Part shown: piece after piece, positions 59,238 to 64,000 of the stretch | Layout of the letters: the number at the start of each line of letters is the position of its first letter | How positions within the stretch are numbered: the stretch's first letter is position 1 | Assembly (NCBI GenBank): GCA_963791985.1 | Contig: CAWBUN010000010.1 | Location: forward strand, 356,083-420,082 | Source of the DNA: an uncultured Solibacteraceae bacterium | Lineage (GTDB): Bacteria > Acidobacteriota > Terriglobia > Bryobacterales > Bryobacteraceae | Length of the DNA stretch: 64,000 nt | Direction of reading: 5' to 3' | Made by a program: the position numbers and the translations under genes | Notes under the pieces: model-generated | What the model saw: the letters and a program-made list of their open reading frames with translations, nothing else | The model's database searches: none | Told to the model about the DNA's origin: nothing

Positions 59238-61865
59238 TCACGGCAACTGTGGAGGCACGGGAATCCTGATGGTGCTGATTTCGTAGGGCTGCACGCGCAG
59301 GATCTTCAGATCGGTCTTACCGGCGTCCTCCTCCAGCATATTAACTGGGCGGAAGCTTCGCTCCTGACCCAGGAAACGCACGGGGGTTTCGACCGTCTGG
59401 CCGAGTTCGTCGAAGGCTCGCAGAACGATGGCATCGCCGCGATCCGCCTTCTTCAAGGCGCTGACCACCAGGTTGTCCCGGTCCACGCTACAAAAAGAGT
59501 GCTCCGGCGGCAAGGTCTTTCGGGAAAGGTCATTCACCGCGCTCACAGGAATTAGCGCTGTGTTGAAGTCCATCCCCGCCCGCCAAGCCTTGGTCGCCGC
59601 CCAATTGCCCTTGCCGGAAGTGAATGAGTAGCGGAACACGTAGGTTCCGGCCGGCGGCATGGGCTGCAAAACGGCGTGGCCCTCGCGCATGATGTTGGCC
59701 GGATAGAAGCGCGTTCCGCGCAGCATGCCGGCGCGGATCGAGCCATCGACGACGGTCATAAACTGATGATCGGCGCTAATGGTGACACCCCATTCGCTGG
59801 TGCCGGCCGACACCCAGTCCTGAATCTGGCGCCAGCCCTTCCAGATCTCGAGCGGCACTTCGTCTCCGAAATGCGGCCCTGCATTGGGCATCATGTCGGC
59901 CGTGGCTGCGGAGCCGAACGGTATGCCGGTCCGCATTTCGGCGTCCGGTTGCGTGAGCGGAAAGGCCTGTTCAATTTTCATGTAATGCCCGGGCTGCCAA
60001 GCCACCGTGTTTTCCAGGTCGATTTTCTTCAGCCCCTGGTACATGGTCAGGCGCTGAACCACGGGGAGGCCCGCCACGTCGCCCTTGATTCGCACCACTG
60101 TCCGCACCTCGTTGGCCTCCTCGATCTCCACCGACGAGATCACGTTGATGAGGGTGCGGCCGGTCCGCGGCTCCACACTGAGCGAATTGCCGCCGCGTTC
60201 CTCGGAGGCGGAGACTTCCAGGTCCTTGGCCACGGTTCGGTTGAGATCTTTGTCGAAGATCTCGATGCGGCCGGTGGCGCGATCCACCGTGACCCGATAG
60301 GACTCGTTTTCGATCACGTGCGCACCGACCACCCGGCGCGGATTGCGGACGTCGTTATCGGTGTCCAACTTCATCTCGGTAGCTTTGGGAAAAGTATCCG
60401 CATGTTCAGCCGGCACCAGGTAGTAGGTCTTGTATCCCATAGATGGCACACCGCGCGCGATAAACACGAGTTGGACGGCGCGGGAAATGTTCTCGACGTA
60501 CTCAACAGTATGGAACGGGATGGCTACACCCTTTTCATCCACCAGCCGCATGCCCTTTCGATATTCGGGAATGGCAGCCGGCTGGACATCGCCATACAGC
60601 GTGACGTGCGCGTTGACCACGTCGTCACGCGTCCAGTTGAGGGGATTGAACACCACGATAGGTGTGCTGACGGCGAAGGGATGTTGGACGCGCTCCGCGA
60701 TATTACGCAGCGATTGCCGCAGAATCTGTCCGCCCTGAAGGATGGCGGCTTGCGCATAACCCACCTTGCGCTCATCGCCGACCTCGCCGCCCTGCCCATA
60801 GTTGTTGTGGTCCATCGATTCGAGAGCCTTCTTCCAGAGCCCATCGAACTGCTGCTGAGGGTAGGGGGCGAAACCGAGGGCGTAGTTGATGGCGGCGAAT
60901 TTCTCCGCGCTCACCAGCGTGTCCGTCGCGGTGATGACGGGCGGCCAGATGTGGGCGTTGGAGGTGATGAGATTGGCCCAAGAGGAAGGGATCTCGCCGG
61001 ACAGTACGGGGATTCCGGGCGTGTCGGCCGCGGCGTGGAAATACTCGCTGGGCGTGGCGAGGCGGAAATGGGTGGGAGCGAGCCGCTGATTCAGTACCGC
61101 GACATTCTCAACGAGTTTCTCGTTGGGCGCCCAGAGGTCCGTGCCCCAGCCGAGGTAAACGGGGCCGCGCGTAGTGGCTTGAACGCCCGCGGTTTCGCGC
61201 CCAATGCGCTGGAAGCGTGCGTCGTCGAGATCGCGATGGAGTCCGAGGTCAACGCCCCAACCATAGCCGTGAATGGTATTCCAGAGCAGAACATTGGAGC
61301 CGTCCGGAGATTTCCAGCGGAAGAGCGATTGATCGGGCGGGCCCATGCGGGTCATGACCATGTAAGGCGTGCCGGTCTTGCGCAGGATTTGGGGATACTG
61401 GCGCGTGAAACCTGGGATATCGGCCAGGTGAGCCACCTTTGCGTCAATGCCGAATTCGTCGCGGGCATAACGTTTGCCGTAGACGACGTTGCGCAGCAGT
61501 GCCTCGGCGCGCGGCAGGTTTTGATAGATGCCCGCCCAGACGGGCGCGATTTCGATGCGGCCCGCCTTGACCAGTTTCTTAAAGGCATCGACCTCCGGCA
61601 ATCCGCGGGAACTCTCCAGCAGATTGGCAACGTTAGTTTCGTTTTCCAGCAGGAAGCGAAAGTCCGGATACTTCTCGGCCAGTTCGACCGCGCGGCTGAT
61701 GATGCGGTTGCTGCGGCTGAGGCACTCTTCCTGGGTGCCGCCCCAGTAGAGGTCGAGGTGGGAAAACGGGACGATGTAGACCTCGCTCTTGGAGGCGGCC
61801 GGCTGGCCCATCGACAGGGCGGGAGATAGCAGTGCGCACAGTATCAGGAGATTCGTGATTCGCAT
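59238..61865 (-). CDS. glycoside hydrolase family 38 (alpha-mannosidase)
   Basis: Start moved to MRITNLLILCALLSPALSMG (signal peptide). N-terminal VYIVPFSHLDLYWGGTQEE motif of GH38. Confidence 0.8.
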   Translation of the reverse strand: MRITNLLILCALLSPALSMGQPAASKSEVYIVPFSHLDLYWGGTQEECLSRSNRIISRAVELAEKYPDFRFLLENETNVANLLESSRGLPEVDAFKKLVKAGRIEIAPVWAGIYQNLPRAEALLRNVVYGKRYARDEFGIDAKVAHLADIPGFTRQYPQILRKTGTPYMVMTRMGPPDQSLFRWKSPDGSNVLLWNTIHGYGWGVDLGLHRDLDDARFQRIGRETAGVQATTRGPVYLGWGTDLWAPNEKLVENVAVLNQRLAPTHFRLATPSEYFHAAADTPGIPVLSGEIPSSWANLITSNAHIWPPVITATDTLVSAEKFAAINYALGFAPYPQQQFDGLWKKALESMDHNNYGQGGEVGDERKVGYAQAAILQGGQILRQSLRNIAERVQHPFAVSTPIVVFNPLNWTRDDVVNAHVTLYGDVQPAAIPEYRKGMRLVDEKGVAIPFHTVEYVENISRAVQLVFIARGVPSMGYKTYYLVPAEHADTFPKATEMKLDTDNDVRNPRRVVGAHVIENESYRVTVDRATGRIEIFDKDLNRTVAKDLEVSASEERGGNSLSVEPRTGRTLINVISSVEIEEANEVRTVVRIKGDVAGLPVVQRLTMYQGLKKIDLENTVAWQPGHYMKIEQAFPLTQPDAEMRTGIPFGSAATADMMPNAGPHFGDEVPLEIWKGWRQIQDWVSAGTSEWGVTISADHQFMTVVDGSIRAGMLRGTRFYPANIMREGHAVLQPMPPAGTYVFRYSFTSGKGNWAATKAWRAGMDFNTALIPVSAVNDLSRKTLPPEHSFCSVDRDNLVVSALKKADRGDAIVLRAFDELGQTVETPVRFLGQERSFRPVNMLEEDAGKTDLKILRVQPYEISTIRIPVPPQLP

Positions 61866-61934
61866 AAAAAGGTCCGTTATGCGGAGGATAGTAGCATGCG
61901 TCGGTCTTCGCGCCAATTCAATTAGCGCGAACGA

Positions 61935-62873
61935 TCATTCACTTCTCTTGAATCCCGAGCGCGGAGTGGAAGCGGACGTGGTCAACAAGCGCAGATGTTT
62001 GGGCTCGAGGGCCCGGGCGGTTTCGACGAACGCCTGCACGGACCGGGGAACGAAGCCGGACTTGCGGCGGACCAGGGCGACCCTCGAGAAGAGCGGGGGC
62101 TCCACCGGGCGTATGATGCTGAGCCGGCGCTCTTTGAGGTCGCGATCGACCACCCAGAGAGGAAGGAGCGCGATGCCCATTCCGGCGCGTACCATCGAGC
62201 GGATAAACTCCGCGTTATCGAAGCGCATGACCACGTTGGGTTCGAAGCCGTTAGCGGCGAAATAGCGGTCGATGGGCTCCTCCATGCGCGACCCTTTGCG
62301 AAAGAGAATGAAGCGGAGGTGTTTCAGATCGGCGAGGCGCGGTTTCGAAGGAGGGAGTCTCTGGTGTGAAATCATCACCAGTTCGAAGTCCCAGGACATT
62401 TCGACGCGATAGTCCTGCTTCTCGACCAGGTCGGCCGAGACCAGGAGGGCGAGGTCGAGGGAACCCCGCGCAAGGCCGTCGAGGAGGACGGGCGTGTTGC
62501 CGGTTTCCACGAGCACCTCGACGGCCGGATTCTGCCGCCGGAACTCCTTCAGGATGGCGGGCAAGACGTAGGCGCTCGGCCCGGTGCCGAGCCGGACCAC
62601 GCCGCGCTTCATGCCTTTCCATTCCTGAAGCGCTGATAGAGCCGAATCGTACTGCGCCAGCAATTCCTTCAAATAAGGAAGCAGCACCTCGGCCGCCTGC
62701 GTAAGTTGAAGGCCGCGCCCGATTTTCTCGTAGAGCGTGACGCCCAACTCGCCCTCCAGGATTTTGAGTTGTTTGTGAATGGCTGGCGGGCTGAGGTGGA
62801 GCTTCTCCGCGGCGAGTGAAATGCTGCCCAGTTCGGAAAGGGCTACGAGGCTGCGCAATTCCTTCAGTTCCAC
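61935..62873 (-). CDS. LysR-family transcriptional regulator
   Basis: Start placed at GTG giving VELKELRSLVALSELGSISLAAEKLHLSPPAIHKQLKILE (LysR HTH). Remainder is the substrate-binding domain. The longer ORF N-extension was rejected. Confidence 0.7.
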   Translation of the reverse strand: MELKELRSLVALSELGSISLAAEKLHLSPPAIHKQLKILEGELGVTLYEKIGRGLQLTQAAEVLLPYLKELLAQYDSALSALQEWKGMKRGVVRLGTGPSAYVLPAILKEFRRQNPAVEVLVETGNTPVLLDGLARGSLDLALLVSADLVEKQDYRVEMSWDFELVMISHQRLPPSKPRLADLKHLRFILFRKGSRMEEPIDRYFAANGFEPNVVMRFDNAEFIRSMVRAGMGIALLPLWVVDRDLKERRLSIIRPVEPPLFSRVALVRRKSGFVPRSVQAFVETARALEPKHLRLLTTSASTPRSGFKRSE

Positions 62874-62963
62874 GCACGCAGCATAACAAGTTTCACCAAA
62901 CGTGAAGCGCCTTCTGTAGCCCTTCGCCAGGTGGCGCGTTAGAGCGGAGCTACAATACCGCAC

Positions 62964-64000
62964 GTGCCAACGTTCGACTCCGACATTTGGATCGGAACCT
63001 ATTCCAACGGCGTCTACATCGCCGCATTCTCGACGCACACCGGCGAACTCGGCCAGCCGTTGGTGGCAGCCAAAGTTGTACGCCCTTCGTTTTTGGCAGC
63101 CCATCCCGGCGGGCGGTTTCTGTACGCAGTCTCCGAGCAAGCCGCCGGGGAGGTGAGCGCCTGGGCGATTGGCGAGGACGGGCGGGAATTGAGCCTTCTC
63201 AACCGTGCGCCGTCGTGCGGCGCCGGACCTTGCCACATTACCGTGGATCGCTCCGGCAACTTCCTGGTCGTGGCGAACTACGGCGGCGGCAGCGTTGCCG
63301 CGCTGCGCATCAGGGAGGACGGAGCGTTCGGCGATGTGACGTCGCACCACCAATTCTCAGGCGCGGGCGTCCGTATGCCGCGTCAGGCCCGGCCGCATCC
63401 CCATGGCGCCTTTTTCTCTCCGGACAACCGGTTTGTGATCGTGCCCGATCTCGGGTGCGATCAGTTGCGGTCCTTCCGGCTGAACGCCGGGTCCGGTTCC
63501 CTGGAAGCGGCTGGACCGGCATCGGTGAGCCTGCCGGCCGGCTCTGGTCCGCGGCACTTCGTGTTTCATCCCTCGGGCTCTTGGGCTTACGCATTGTGCG
63601 AGTTGGATTCGGCTGTTGCCACCTTCGAGTTCGACGCCGCGCGCGGCGCATTGCGCTACCGCGGGCTTGCGCCGGTATTGCCCCCCGGGTTCCACGGCGA
63701 GAACATCGCTGCGGGAATTGCGATGGATGTGGAGGGGAAGTATCTCTACTGTTCGAACCGGGGCGCCGACACCATCGTGGTGCTCCGCATCGATCCGAAT
63801 GGGCGCTTGCATGCGGTGCAGCACTCCCAGGCGCAAGGCAGAACGCCGCGCCATTTCACCATCGACCCGAGCGGGAAGTGGCTCCTGGTCGCAAATCAGG
63901 ACTCTGGCCACCTGGCGGTATTCGGCCGCGACCCGCTGCTGGGCACGCTGGAAGCGGCGGGCCGGCCGCAGGCGGTCCCGGATCCGGCGTGCGTGGTATT
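62964..64000 (+). CDS. lactonase-family 7-bladed beta-propeller protein (6-phosphogluconolactonase/YbhE-like), 3'-partial at window end
   Basis: No stop before the window end. ...YIAAF...GEL.....HP.G.FLY...E......WAI..DG.L..LN......G..PCHITVD.SGNFLVVANYGGGSVA. Divergent from LysR. Confidence 0.65.
   Translation, partial: MPTFDSDIWIGTYSNGVYIAAFSTHTGELGQPLVAAKVVRPSFLAAHPGGRFLYAVSEQAAGEVSAWAIGEDGRELSLLNRAPSCGAGPCHITVDRSGNFLVVANYGGGSVAALRIREDGAFGDVTSHHQFSGAGVRMPRQARPHPHGAFFSPDNRFVIVPDLGCDQLRSFRLNAGSGSLEAAGPASVSLPAGSGPRHFVFHPSGSWAYALCELDSAVATFEFDAARGALRYRGLAPVLPPGFHGENIAAGIAMDVEGKYLYCSNRGADTIVVLRIDPNGRLHAVQHSQAQGRTPRHFTIDPSGKWLLVANQDSGHLAVFGRDPLLGTLEAAGRPQAVPDPACVV

Overview
This is a 64 kb high-GC (about 63-65% G+C) bacterial chromosomal segment with densely packed genes on both strands. 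Several hallmarks point to an Acidobacteriota (Solibacter-like) origin. These are two TonB-dependent receptors with N-terminal carboxypeptidase-regulatory-like domains, a TIGR03118-type protein ending in a PEP-CTERM sorting signal, a VWFA-related acidobacterial-domain protein, and abundant GC-rich intergenic hairpin repeats. The identifiable content falls into four groups. The first is a divergent OmpR/histidine-kinase two-component system facing an operon of a Met/Gly-rich periplasmic repeat protein plus a TonB-dependent receptor that carries the same Met/Gly-rich motif, followed by a cytochrome-c-motif/PHM-like copper monooxygenase. The second is a glycyl-radical-enzyme (eliminase-type Cys-x-Glu) gene translationally coupled to its radical-SAM activase, with a divergent AraC regulator. 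The third is a group of single genes: a large TonB-C-terminal-domain protein with a novel N-terminal domain, a HigB(Gp49)/HigA(XRE) toxin-antitoxin pair with a frameshifted toxin, an SPFH protein, an RNase P RNA gene (minus strand), hutI, rluB-like, two ECF sigma/anti-sigma/DUF4097 modules, phhA, a kinase-like-TM-SPOR protein, bactofilin, GH38 alpha-mannosidase, LysR and a lactonase. The fourth is a roughly 6.5 kb decayed integrative-element remnant bounded by tRNA-Gly(CCC) and a 45-bp copy of its 3' end, containing a truncated integrase and a truncated carboxylesterase. The second half of the window (33-54 kb) carries at least 19 single-base frameshifts clustered in a subset of genes, while the first 31 kb has none. 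These are either sequencing/assembly indels or genuine local pseudogenisation. Two co-occurring families of dispersed intergenic hairpin repeats and a triplicated 41-bp tandem repeat are also present. No CRISPR array or rRNA was seen.
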